Assembly (NCBI GenBank): GCA_044866005.1
Contig: JBIOTN010000053.1
Coordinates: forward strand, 1 to 48,722
Direction: 5' to 3'
Source: Candidatus Rokuibacteriota bacterium
Lineage (GTDB): Bacteria > Methylomirabilota > Methylomirabilia > Rokubacteriales > DASRDR01
Length of the DNA: 48,722 bases
Shown here: piece by piece, positions 16,516-25,628 of the stretch
Layout of the letters: every line of letters starts with the position of its first letter
How positions within the stretch are numbered: position 1 is the first letter of the stretch
Made by a program: the position numbers and the translations under genes
The notes under the pieces: generated by a model
Seen by the model: only the letters and a program-made list of their open reading frames with translations
The model's database searches: none
What the model was told of the DNA's origin: nothing

Positions 16516-19131
16516 GTGAGCGGCACGAACGGGATGCCTGGCCACGAGGAGCCCCGAGCGTTTCGAGGACGCGTCGTCTCCGGCGCGGGAGAGGGCGCGC
16601 GCTTCCTGAGCCTCGACTGGGTCCGGGCGGCGATCCGGGGCCTGGGCGGCTTCGACCCGTATCCCGGCACCTTGAACCTGCGCCTGCTCGAGGCCGAGAC
16701 GCCGCGCTGGCGCGGGATCCGGGGGAACGCCGGCGCCCGGCTCGTCCCGCCCGAGCCCGGCGGCTGCGGCGGCCGCCTCATCCCGGTCCGCCTGGCGGGA
16801 GCGGTGGACGCCCTGGTCGTCGTCCCGGACATCACGCGGTACGGCGACGACCTCGTGGAGGTCGTCGCGCCGGAGCACCTTCGGACGCGCCTGGCGCTGC
16901 GCGACGGCGACGTCGTCTCACTCACCATCGCCACGGGTTCGCCGGGCCGAGACCCGAGCACCGGCAGGACGCAGGGAGGAGGCGCCGGGGCGACGGGGAT
17001 GGGGCCGGCGCACACGGCGGTTGGCCGGCCCGTGGCCCGCGTGGAAGGGCCGGCCAAGGTCACCGGCGCGGCGCGCTACGCCGCCGACGTGAAGCTCCCC
17101 GGGCTCCTGTGGGCCCGGGTCGTGCGGAGCGCGCTCCCCCATGCCCGTCTCCTGCGGGTCGACGCCGACAAGGCCCGCGCGTTGCCCGGCGTTCGCGCGG
17201 TCCTCACCGCGACCGAGCTTCCCGACGTGCTCGTGGGCCGCCGCATGTGCGACATGCCGCTCCTGGCCCGCGGGCGAGTCCGCTTCGTCGGCGAGCCCGT
17301 CGCCGTGATCGCCGCCGACGATCCGGAGGTGGCCGAGGAGGCGACCACGCTCGTCGAGGTCGACTACGAGGAGTTGCCCGCGGTCGTCGATCCCCTCGCC
17401 GCCCTCGCCGTGGACGCGCCGGTGCTCCACGACGACCCCGGGGGCTACGCCGGCGCCCCCGCGGAGCGCTCGCACCCGAACGTCCAGTCGGTCCACCGCG
17501 AGCGGCACGGCGATCCGCAGCGGGCGTTCCGGGACGCGGCACGCGTCTTCGAGCACACCTTCCGCACGCCGCTCGCCCACCAGGGCTACCTCGAGCCGCG
17601 CGCTTCCCTCGTGGCGATCGACCCGGACGGCCGGGTCCAGGTCTGGACGTGCAACAAGACGCCGTTCCGGTTCAGGGCGCAGCTCGCCCACGCGCTCGGC
17701 CTCCCGCCCCAGCGGATCCGGCTGAACCTCCTGCCGATCGGCGGCGACTTCGGCGGCAAGGGCTTCTTCACCGATCCGGCCCTCGCCTACTTCCTCGCGC
17801 GAGCGACCGGCCGCCCCGTGAAGCTCGTGCTGAGCTACACGGAAGAGCTGCTGGCCGCGAACCCGCGCCACCCCTCCGTGATCACCCTCCGGACCGGGGT
17901 GGACCGGGACGGCCGCATCGTGGCCCGAACGGCCCGCGCGGTGTTCGACGGCGGCGCGTACGCGGCCTTCAAGCCGCGCCCGAAGGTGGAGCTCCACGGT
18001 GCCGCTCAGGCGGGGGGCGTGTACCGGGTCCCCCACTTCGAGCTCGAGTCCATCGTCGCCTACACGAACTCGGTCCCTTGCGGCCACGCCCGCGCGCCCG
18101 GCGAGCCCCAGACGATCTTCGCCGTGGAGTCCCACATGGACATGATCGCCCGTGAGCTCGGGCTCGACCCGGTGGAGTTCCGCCGGCGAAACCTCATCGG
18201 CGAGGGCGAGCGGCTGGCGACCGGCGAGCGGGTCCGGCAGGTCCGGGCCCGGGAGACGCTCGACGCGGCGCTCTCCGCGAGCGGCTGGGAGACGCCCAAG
18301 GCCGCGTTCACCGGACGGGGGCTCGCCCTGTCGCACCGGTTCACGGGCGGCGGCGAGTCGAACGCCCGGATCCGCCTCGAGGCGGACGGGACGGTGCGCG
18401 TCATCACGAGCACCCCGGACACCGGGACCGGCGCCCACACCGTCTTCCAGCAGATCGCCGCCGAGGCGCTGGGGGTCCCGCTCGAGCGCGTCGTCATCAC
18501 GGTGGGGGACACCGACACCTTCACGGACGACGCGGGCGTGGGGGGGAGCCGCGTCACCCACGTCGGGGGGCAGGCGGTCTATCGAGCGGCCCTGACGCTC
18601 CGGGAGACGCTCGCGGGCGGGACGACCGCGCGCCCCGTGGAGGCGGCCGGGCACTGGAGCTCCCGGGACACCGAAGGGGTGACCGCCTTCTGCGCGCAGG
18701 TCGCGGAGGTGGAGGTGGACCCCGAGACCGGCCAGGTGCGGCTCCGGCGCATGGTGACGGTCCACGACGCGGGGACCGTCATCAACCCGATCGGTCACCA
18801 GGGCCAGATCGAGGGCGGGCTCGTCCAGGGGCTGGGGCTCGCGCTCATGGAGGAGCTCCGCACCGAGGACGGCCGGATCGGCACGCTCTCCCTCGGCGAC
18901 TACAAGCTCCCGGTCATCAAGGACGTCCCGCCGCTCACCACGATCGTCCTCGAGGACCCGGCCGGCCCGGGCCCCTTCCGGGCCAAGGCCATCGGCGAGA
19001 TGAGCATCAGCCCGGTCCCGGCGGCGATCGCCAACGCCGTCTTCGACGCCTGCGGCGTCCGGCTCACGGAGCTGCCGGTGACCGCGGAGAAGGTCTTCTT
19101 CGCCCTCCGGGCCCGCGGAGCCGCGCCGTGA
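16516..19131 (+). CDS. fusion of an archaeal-type CTP-dependent riboflavin kinase domain and a xanthine-dehydrogenase-family molybdopterin large subunit
   Basis: The N-terminal ~135 aa carry GRVVSGAGEGARF, GFDPYPGTLN and EVVAPEHLR..L.LRDGDVV (RibK/DUF120). A ~25-aa Gly-rich linker follows. From ATG 16999: KVTGAARYAAD, IGGDFGGKG, QVAEVEVDPETG, GQIEGG and KAIGE. No stop codon lies between the domains. Start is GTG 16516 or ATG 16534. Confidence 0.85.
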   Translation: MSGTNGMPGHEEPRAFRGRVVSGAGEGARFLSLDWVRAAIRGLGGFDPYPGTLNLRLLEAETPRWRGIRGNAGARLVPPEPGGCGGRLIPVRLAGAVDALVVVPDITRYGDDLVEVVAPEHLRTRLALRDGDVVSLTIATGSPGRDPSTGRTQGGGAGATGMGPAHTAVGRPVARVEGPAKVTGAARYAADVKLPGLLWARVVRSALPHARLLRVDADKARALPGVRAVLTATELPDVLVGRRMCDMPLLARGRVRFVGEPVAVIAADDPEVAEEATTLVEVDYEELPAVVDPLAALAVDAPVLHDDPGGYAGAPAERSHPNVQSVHRERHGDPQRAFRDAARVFEHTFRTPLAHQGYLEPRASLVAIDPDGRVQVWTCNKTPFRFRAQLAHALGLPPQRIRLNLLPIGGDFGGKGFFTDPALAYFLARATGRPVKLVLSYTEELLAANPRHPSVITLRTGVDRDGRIVARTARAVFDGGAYAAFKPRPKVELHGAAQAGGVYRVPHFELESIVAYTNSVPCGHARAPGEPQTIFAVESHMDMIARELGLDPVEFRRRNLIGEGERLATGERVRQVRARETLDAALSASGWETPKAAFTGRGLALSHRFTGGGESNARIRLEADGTVRVITSTPDTGTGAHTVFQQIAAEALGVPLERVVITVGDTDTFTDDAGVGGSRVTHVGGQAVYRAALTLRETLAGGTTARPVEAAGHWSSRDTEGVTAFCAQVAEVEVDPETGQVRLRRMVTVHDAGTVINPIGHQGQIEGGLVQGLGLALMEELRTEDGRIGTLSLGDYKLPVIKDVPPLTTIVLEDPAGPGPFRAKAIGEMSISPVPAAIANAVFDACGVRLTELPVTAEKVFFALRARGAAP

Positions 19132-19598
19132 CCCGGACGATCCGCGTGACCGTCAACGGCCGCCGGCAGGAGCGGACGGTCGCGCCGTCCCGGCGCCTCG
19201 TCGATTGGCTCCGCGACGACCTCGGGCTGACCGGGACCAAGGAAGGGTGTAGCGTCGGCGTCTGCGGCGCCTGCACGGTCCTCCTGGACGGGAAGATGAT
19301 CAGCTCGTGCCTGGCGCTCGCCGTCTTCGCCGACGGCGGCGAGGTCACGACGGTCGAGGGGCTCGCCGCGGACGCGCGGCTCCACCCGGTGCAGCAGGCC
19401 TTCGTCGAGCACGGCGGACTCCAGTGCGGGATCTGCACGCCCGGGCAGGTCGTGGCGGCCAAGGCGCTCCTCGACGAGATCCCGCATCCCACGGACGCCG
19501 AGATCGCCGAGTGGATGCTGGGGAACCTCTGCCGCTGCACCGGCTACTACAAGATCATCGAGTCCATCCGGCGGGCCGCCGACCATGCAGCCGTTTGA
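19128..19598 (+). CDS. 2x[2Fe-2S] small subunit of the Mo hydroxylase (CoxS/XdhC-like)
   Basis: GTKEGCSVGVCGACTV, QCGICTPG and GNLCRCTGY motifs; GTGA overlap with the upstream gene. Confidence 0.95.
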   Translation: MTRTIRVTVNGRRQERTVAPSRRLVDWLRDDLGLTGTKEGCSVGVCGACTVLLDGKMISSCLALAVFADGGEVTTVEGLAADARLHPVQQAFVEHGGLQCGICTPGQVVAAKALLDEIPHPTDAEIAEWMLGNLCRCTGYYKIIESIRRAADHAAV

Positions 19599-20460
19599 CT
19601 ACCGCGCCCCCGACAGCGTGGCCGCGGCGGTCGCCGAGCTGGAGGAGGCCGGCGACGAGGGGAGAGCGATCGCGGGCGGGACGGCGCTCGTCATCCTGAT
19701 GATGCAGCGGCTCGTTCGCCCCGCCCGGGTCATCAGCCTGCGGGCGATCCCGGGTCTCGATCGCATCGCGCTCGCCGACGGCGGGGTGGCGATCGGGGCG
19801 CTCGCCACGCACCGGGCCGTGGAGACCTCCCCGGTGGTCCGCGCGCGGCTCCCCGTGCTCGCCGAGACGGCGGCCCGCGTCGCGACGCTCCGGATCCGGA
19901 ACATCGCGACGCTCGGCGGCTGCCTGGCCCACGCCGATCCCAACCAGGACCCCCCGGTCGCCCTGCTGGCGCTCGACGCCCGGGTGCGGGTCGCCGGCCC
20001 GGACGGCGAGCGCGCGCTGCCGCTCCCGGCGTTCTTCGTGGACTACTACCAGACGGCGCTGGGGCCCGCCGAGCTGGTCGTCGGCGTGGACGTCCCCCTG
20101 CCCGCCCCGGGCACCGGCTCGGCGTTCCTCAAGTTCCTCCCGCGCACGGCCGACGACTACGCCACGGTGGCCGCGGCCGCCACGGTGACGCTCGACGCCG
20201 CCGGGGCGTGCCGGGCGGCGCGCGTCGCCCTCGGCGGGGTCGCGCCGACGCCCCGCCGGGTGCCCGACGCCGAGCGCATCCTGACCGGCGAGCGGCGGAG
20301 CGAGGCGCTCCTCGCCGCGGCCGGCGACGCGGCCCGCCAGGCCGTGGACCCGGTCGACGACCACCGGGGCTCGGCGGCATACAAGCGAGAGATGGCCGCG
20401 GTCTTCGTCCGCCGGGCCGTCGCCGCCGCGTGGGAGCGCGCCCGGGGGACGGCCGCGTGA
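19585..20460 (+). CDS. FAD-binding medium subunit of the Mo hydroxylase (CoxM-like)
   Basis: FDYRAP, IAGGT, IRNIATLGG.LAHADP and D.RGSAAYK motifs. No [4Fe-4S] Cys insertion of the HcrB type. Confidence 0.93.
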   Translation: MQPFDYRAPDSVAAAVAELEEAGDEGRAIAGGTALVILMMQRLVRPARVISLRAIPGLDRIALADGGVAIGALATHRAVETSPVVRARLPVLAETAARVATLRIRNIATLGGCLAHADPNQDPPVALLALDARVRVAGPDGERALPLPAFFVDYYQTALGPAELVVGVDVPLPAPGTGSAFLKFLPRTADDYATVAAAATVTLDAAGACRAARVALGGVAPTPRRVPDAERILTGERRSEALLAAAGDAARQAVDPVDDHRGSAAYKREMAAVFVRRAVAAAWERARGTAA

Positions 20461-20933
20461 AGCTCACCCAGCGCGGCACGGTCGCGGTCGAGCCGGCGCG
20501 GCTCTGGGCTTTCCTGATGGACGTGCCCCGGGTGGGCCGCTGCATCCCCGGCGTGGAGGCGATCCGGCCGCTCGACGACGGCCGCTACCGGGGGGTCTTC
20601 AAGGTGCAGGTCGGACCGATCCGGCTGGCCCTCGAGGGCACCCTCACGATCGAGGAGCAGGACCGGGACGCCGGGCGCGCCGCGATGCGGGCGGAAGCGA
20701 GCGACCGGCGGGCCGGCGGCGGCGTCCGCGCCCGCATGACCATGACCCTCGCCGCCGCCGACGGCGCGACCGAGTTCACCGTGGACACCGACCTCTCCGT
20801 GCTCGGCAAGATCGGCGAGTTCGGCCAGCCCACCATCAAGAAGAAGGCCGACAGCCTGATGCAAGAGTTCGTCACGAACGTCCAGGCGGCCCTCGTGGCC
20901 GGGTCGCCCACCGAACCAGGAGGCGAGCCATGA
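20457..20933 (+). CDS. coxG: CoxG-like SRPBCC-domain protein
   Basis: GTG 20457 overlaps the upstream TGA. Motifs LWAFLMDVPRVGRCIPG, VQVGPI and GKIGEFGQ. Confidence 0.85.
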   Translation: MKLTQRGTVAVEPARLWAFLMDVPRVGRCIPGVEAIRPLDDGRYRGVFKVQVGPIRLALEGTLTIEEQDRDAGRAAMRAEASDRRAGGGVRARMTMTLAAADGATEFTVDTDLSVLGKIGEFGQPTIKKKADSLMQEFVTNVQAALVAGSPTEPGGEP

Positions 20934-22363
20934 GCAACCGGGATCTCCGAGGCTGGCTGACGAGCGCCGAGCCCCTGGGCGAGGTCAAGACCGTGAAGGG
21001 GGCGGACTGGGACGTGGAGATCGGCGCGATCACCGAGCTCGCCCAGCACCGCGAGAACGGGCCGGCGGTGCTCTTCGACGAGGTGAAGGGCTATCCGGCG
21101 GGCTACCGCATCCTCGTCAACTCGCTGGGCTCGCTCCGCCGGACCGCGCTGACGCTGGGGCTCGACACGAACGTCACCTCGCCCATGCAGCTCGTCCGGG
21201 CCTGGCGCGAGCGCGCGCGGAAGATCATGCCGATCCCGGCGAAGGTCGTCGATGGCGGACCCGTCACCGAGCACGTGGACGTGGGCGCCGCGGTCGACGT
21301 CTTCAAGTTTCCCACGCCCAAGTGGCACGAGCACGACGGCGGCCGCTACATCGGCACCGGCAGCGTCGACATCACCCGGGACCCGGACGAGGGGTGGGTG
21401 AATCTCGGCTGCTACCGGGTCATGATCCACGACGAGCGGACGGTCGGGTTCTACATCTCGCCGGGCAAGCACGGCCGGATCCAGCGGGAGAAGTGGTTCG
21501 CCGCCCGCAAGCCCATGAAGGTGGCCGTCTCCATCGGACACGACCCGCTCGTGTTCCTGGCCGGCAGCATCGAGGTCCCCTACGGGGTGTCGGAGTACGA
21601 CTGGATCGGCGGCGTCCTGGGGCAGCCGTTCGAGGTCATGCCGGGGCCGGAGACCGGGCTGCCGCTGCCCGCCAACGCCGAGATCGTCATCGAGGGGACC
21701 GCGCACCCCGAGCGGCTGGTCCCGGAGGGCCCGTTCGGCGAGTGGACGGGCTACTACGCGAGCGACACCCGCCCCGAGCCCACGATCCAGGTCGAGCGCG
21801 TGATGTACCGCTCGAACCCCATCATGCTCGGCAGCCCGCCGGGCAAGCCCCCCTCGGAGCTGACGGCGTACCGCGCCGTGATGCGGTCGGCCCTCATCTG
21901 GGACGAGATGGAGAAGGCGGGGATCCCCGACATCCAGGGCGTGTGGTGCCATCCGGCCGGCGGCACGCGCCTCCTGGTCGTCGTCTCGATCAAGCAGCGC
22001 TACGCGGGGCACGCCCGGCAGGCCGGGCTCGGCGCCATGGCGTGCCGGGCCGGCGCCTACCTCGGCCGCTACGTCGTGGTGGTGGACGAGGACATCGATC
22101 CGACGAACACGTGGGACGTGCTCTGGGCGGTCTGCACGCGCTCGGACCCGGAGAAGGACATCGAGATCCTCCGCCGCATGTGGTCCGGCCCGCTCGACCC
22201 CATCATCCCGCCGGGGCAGAAGGGGCTGAACTCCCGGGCGCTGATCGACGCCACGCGCCCCTACGAGTGGAAGGACAAGTTCCCCCGCGTGGCCATCTCC
22301 TCGAAGGAGGTCATCGAGGCCGCGCAGCGGAAGTGGGGCGGCATCCTGTTCGGCTCCTCGTAA
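20930..22363 (+). CDS. UbiD-family decarboxylase, paralog 3
   Basis: AGGAGG RBS and ATGA overlap with coxG. Motifs HEHDGGRYIGT, WVNLGCYRVM, EGPFGEWTGYY, VVVDEDIDP and LIDATRP. Confidence 0.94.
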   Translation: MSNRDLRGWLTSAEPLGEVKTVKGADWDVEIGAITELAQHRENGPAVLFDEVKGYPAGYRILVNSLGSLRRTALTLGLDTNVTSPMQLVRAWRERARKIMPIPAKVVDGGPVTEHVDVGAAVDVFKFPTPKWHEHDGGRYIGTGSVDITRDPDEGWVNLGCYRVMIHDERTVGFYISPGKHGRIQREKWFAARKPMKVAVSIGHDPLVFLAGSIEVPYGVSEYDWIGGVLGQPFEVMPGPETGLPLPANAEIVIEGTAHPERLVPEGPFGEWTGYYASDTRPEPTIQVERVMYRSNPIMLGSPPGKPPSELTAYRAVMRSALIWDEMEKAGIPDIQGVWCHPAGGTRLLVVVSIKQRYAGHARQAGLGAMACRAGAYLGRYVVVVDEDIDPTNTWDVLWAVCTRSDPEKDIEILRRMWSGPLDPIIPPGQKGLNSRALIDATRPYEWKDKFPRVAISSKEVIEAAQRKWGGILFGSS

Positions 22364-22417
22364 CGGAGTGGAGCCGTGGCCCCCGGGGGATCAACGCGAG
22401 GACCCGAGGAGGGCGGC

Positions 22418-23452
22418 ATGACGCGATCGGGGTGCGGGGGGCGCCGGGTCGCGCCCTTCGCCCTGGTGCTGGGGCTCCTGCTGACCGGGCCGTCGGGGCC
22501 GGCCGCCGCCCAGGGCCTCACCAAGGTCACGATCGCCTACTCCGCGGTGGACGGGAGCTACCTGCCGCTCAAGATCGCGGAGGAGGCCCGGCTCTTCGAG
22601 AAGCACGGGCTGGACGCGGCGGTCGTCCTCATCCGGGGCGGCAGCATCACCATGAAGGCCCTCCTGGCCGGCGAGGTCGCTGCCGCGTTCATCGGGGGGA
22701 CGCCGGTCGTCCAGGCCCGCGCCGCGGGCGGCGACGTCCGGTTCGTCTTCGGCCTCAGCAACACGCTCGTCTACCAGATCGTCGCCGCCCCGCACCTCGC
22801 GGGCAAGCTCACGCGCGTGGAGGAGCTACGGGGCCGCCGCGTGGCCATCAGCGCGCGGGGAGCGGAATCGGAGAGCGTGGTGCGCCTGGCGCTCCAGAAG
22901 CACCACGTCAACCCTCGCGAGGTGACGCTCCTCCAGATCGGCGAGTCGGGCGAGCGGCTCGCCGCGCTCAAGGCCGGCACCGCCGACGCGACCCCCCTCC
23001 CCTCGCCGCAGCATCTGCGCGCCGTCAAGGACGGGCTGCCCGTGATCATGGACGTGGCCCGAGAGCAGCTCGACTGGCTCCACGCCGGCGTCGCCATGAC
23101 CGAGAGCCAGCTCCGCCGCGAGCCGCGCCTGGCGCTCGCCCTCGTCAGGACGTTCCTGGAGGCGACCCTGTACGGGTGGACGCACAAGGCCTTCACCAAG
23201 GCCGTGCTGGCGCGGTACGTCAAGAGCGAGGACGACGAGGTGCTCGAGCAAGGCTACCGGGACTTCGTCGAGCATCAGGCCCGGGACTTCCGCCCGAGCC
23301 TGACGGGCGTCCAGGCCGTCGTCGCGGAGCTCGCGGAGAGCAATCCGAAGGTCAAGGGCGTGAAGCCCGAGGACGTCGTGGACCTCGGCCCGTTCGAGGC
23401 CCTGGAGAAAGACGGCGTCGTCGGGGACCTCAAGCGCCGCTACCCCCGCTGA
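22418..23452 (+). CDS. ABC solute-binding protein, NMT1/SsuA-like
   Basis: GAGGAGG before ATG 22418 and a signal peptide; LFEKHGLD, ELRGRRVAIS and RLAALKAG. Confidence 0.88.
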   Translation: MTRSGCGGRRVAPFALVLGLLLTGPSGPAAAQGLTKVTIAYSAVDGSYLPLKIAEEARLFEKHGLDAAVVLIRGGSITMKALLAGEVAAAFIGGTPVVQARAAGGDVRFVFGLSNTLVYQIVAAPHLAGKLTRVEELRGRRVAISARGAESESVVRLALQKHHVNPREVTLLQIGESGERLAALKAGTADATPLPSPQHLRAVKDGLPVIMDVAREQLDWLHAGVAMTESQLRREPRLALALVRTFLEATLYGWTHKAFTKAVLARYVKSEDDEVLEQGYRDFVEHQARDFRPSLTGVQAVVAELAESNPKVKGVKPEDVVDLGPFEALEKDGVVGDLKRRYPR

Positions 23453-23457
23453 CCCCG

Positions 23458-24711
23458 ATGGCCGCCCCGTCCCCGGCCTCCGCCACGCTCGCCGCCCCGG
23501 CGAGCGCCGAGGTGCGGGCCGGCGGCTACCGGGTCCTCTCGCTCGTCGCCGCCGGCCACGCGGTGAACCACGCCTACACGGCCCTGCTCCCGATGCTCTA
23601 CCCGGCCATGATGGACGCGCTCGGCTTCGGCTACAGCGAGCTGGGCGTCCTGATCGGGATCAGCCGGGCCCTCGGGCAAGGCGTCCAGTGGGTGCCCGGC
23701 TTCCTGGGCCGCGCGGTCCGGCGGAAGGTCCTCCTCGGCGTGGGCACGGTCGGCCAGGGCGTCTTCCTGGGCCTCACCGGGCTGGCGCACGGCTTCCTCG
23801 ACCTCGTCGTCTGGCAGAGCCTCACCCGGCTCGCCGGAAGCCCCCAGCATCCGACCGGCAACGCGCTGATCCTGGACTACTTCGGCCGGACGCACCGCGG
23901 CCGGGTCCTCGCCATCCACTACGCGGGGGGGAACGCCGGCACGATCCTGGTGCCGCTGACGGGCGCCCTCCTGCTGACCACGCTCGGCTGGCGCGCCACG
24001 CTCGTCTGCTTCGCCCTGCCCGGGATCGCCGTCGGGCTCACGCTGCTGGGGGCGATCCGGGACGACTCCAGCGGCGCGGGGGCGGGCGGCGGGGAAGCCC
24101 TCGGGTTCCGCCGCGAGACGCTGGCGATCCTCCGCAACCGAAGCGTCCGCCTCATCATCGGCGCCCAGGCGATCGCGGCGGGCGGGCGCGGCCTCGGCGT
24201 CGTCATCACGTTCGTGCCGCTCTATCTCAGCCGCGAGCTCGGCCTCGGCGTCATGGACACCGGAGCCCTGTTCACCATGATGATGATCGGCAGCGTGGTG
24301 GGCCCGCTGATGGCCGGGTTCGTCTCGGACCGGCTCGGCGCCCGGAAGCCGATCCTGATCGCCACGTACCTGGCGTCCACGCTGATGACGGTCGTGCTGG
24401 CGCACCTGGGGGGCGGGGGGATGGGGCTGCTCGCGGTCGTCCTCTTCGTCCTCGGCTGCGTCGTCTACGCCGAGAGCCCGATGCTGCAGTCCCTCACCGC
24501 CGATGCCACCGAAGGGATCTCGCAGGACGTGGTCTTCGGGCTCTACCACACGATCGGCTTCGCCGCGGGCGCGCTCTGGGCCGTCCTCATGGGGAGCCTC
24601 GTCGACGCGCTGGGCTTTCGGCTGGCGCTCTACGTGACGGCGGCCTCGTACTCGGCGGCGGCCCTCTGGCTGCTCCCGCTCCGTGCGGCACCCCGGTCGG
24701 CCGGCGGCTAG
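23458..24711 (+). CDS. MFS transporter (Fsr-like)
   Basis: C-terminal part of track ORF 21322-24711. Motifs GHAVNH, QHP, RGRVLAIH..GGN.G and GFVSDRLG, with about 12 TM helices. Confidence 0.88.
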   Translation: MAAPSPASATLAAPASAEVRAGGYRVLSLVAAGHAVNHAYTALLPMLYPAMMDALGFGYSELGVLIGISRALGQGVQWVPGFLGRAVRRKVLLGVGTVGQGVFLGLTGLAHGFLDLVVWQSLTRLAGSPQHPTGNALILDYFGRTHRGRVLAIHYAGGNAGTILVPLTGALLLTTLGWRATLVCFALPGIAVGLTLLGAIRDDSSGAGAGGGEALGFRRETLAILRNRSVRLIIGAQAIAAGGRGLGVVITFVPLYLSRELGLGVMDTGALFTMMMIGSVVGPLMAGFVSDRLGARKPILIATYLASTLMTVVLAHLGGGGMGLLAVVLFVLGCVVYAESPMLQSLTADATEGISQDVVFGLYHTIGFAAGALWAVLMGSLVDALGFRLALYVTAASYSAAALWLLPLRAAPRSAGG

Positions 24712-24717
24712 ATCGCC

Positions 24718-25581
24718 ATGACGGACGCCGGCCTCAGCGTCGGGTTGCTGCATCCGGGCGAGATGGGCGCGACCGTGGCGGCCACCGTCCGCGCGGCCGG
24801 GGCCCCGGTCCTCTGGGCCTCCCAGGGGCGAAGCCCGGCGACGCGGGCCCGGGCGCTCGAGGTCGGGCTCCGGGATGCCGGGACGCTGCTCGCCCTGGTC
24901 GCGGAAAGCCGGGTGATCCTCTCCGTGGTCCCGCCCCACGGCGCCCTCGAGCTGGCGCGCGCCGTCGCCGCCCTCGGCTTCCGGGGTCTCTACGTCGACG
25001 CCAACGCCGTGGCGCTCGATACGGCCCGGGAGATCGGCCGCCTCGTGGAAGCCGGCGGCGCCCGATACGTGGATGGCGGGATCATCGGCCCGGCCAAGCG
25101 GCAGCGCGGCACGACCCGCATCTATCTCGCCGGCGCGGGCGCCGCCGAGGTCGCGGCCCTCTTCGCCGCCGGCCCCCTGGACGCGGTCGTCCTCGACGGC
25201 CCGCCCGGCGCGGCCTCTGCGCTCAAGATGGCCTACGCGGGCTGGAACAAGGGCAGCCAGGCCCTCCTCGCCGCCATCCGCGCGTTCGCGATCGCCCACG
25301 GGGTGGACCCGGCGCTCCTGGCCGAGTGGAAGATCTCGATGCCCGATCTGCCGGCGCGCTCCGAGCGCGCCGTGAGCGACAACGCCCGCAAGGCCTGGCG
25401 GTTCGTGGGCGAGATGGAGGAGATCGCCCGCTCGCTCGCCGCCGCCGGCCTCCCGGGAGGGTTCCACGAGGCGGCGCGCGAGATCTACCGCCGGCTGGCC
25501 GACTACAAGCACGCGACGACGCCGCCGCCCGTGGAAGAGGCCGCCGCCCGGCTTCTGAGGTCGCGGGAACCAGGCGGCTAG
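24718..25581 (+). CDS. NAD(P)-dependent oxidoreductase, 6PGDH/3-hydroxyisobutyrate-dehydrogenase-like (DUF1932-type C-terminus)
   Basis: VGLLHPGEMG, YVDANAV, VDGGIIG, ASALKMAYA..K and KAWRFVGEMEEIA motifs. Confidence 0.85.
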   Translation: MTDAGLSVGLLHPGEMGATVAATVRAAGAPVLWASQGRSPATRARALEVGLRDAGTLLALVAESRVILSVVPPHGALELARAVAALGFRGLYVDANAVALDTAREIGRLVEAGGARYVDGGIIGPAKRQRGTTRIYLAGAGAAEVAALFAAGPLDAVVLDGPPGAASALKMAYAGWNKGSQALLAAIRAFAIAHGVDPALLAEWKISMPDLPARSERAVSDNARKAWRFVGEMEEIARSLAAAGLPGGFHEAAREIYRRLADYKHATTPPPVEEAAARLLRSREPGG

Positions 25582-25628
25582 CTGCGCCGGGTCATCGAGA
25601 ATCCCGCGTCACGGGACGGTCGGCGCGG

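Noticed and set aside
16999..20933. Calling the L-S-M-G cluster an aerobic CO dehydrogenase or a 4-hydroxybenzoyl-CoA reductase
   Set aside because: The large subunit lacks the AYxCSFR/AYxGAGR loop, no coxDEF genes are present, and the FAD subunit has no [4Fe-4S] Cys insertion.
21322..24711. Apparent 1129-aa MFS fusion (likewise 26502-28169, 35549-37780, 37727-39424, 40472-41671 and 41753-43654)
   Set aside because: The extensions overlap neighbouring real genes and carry no domain. In the riboflavin kinase/Mo fusion, by contrast, the extension overlaps nothing and is a recognisable domain.
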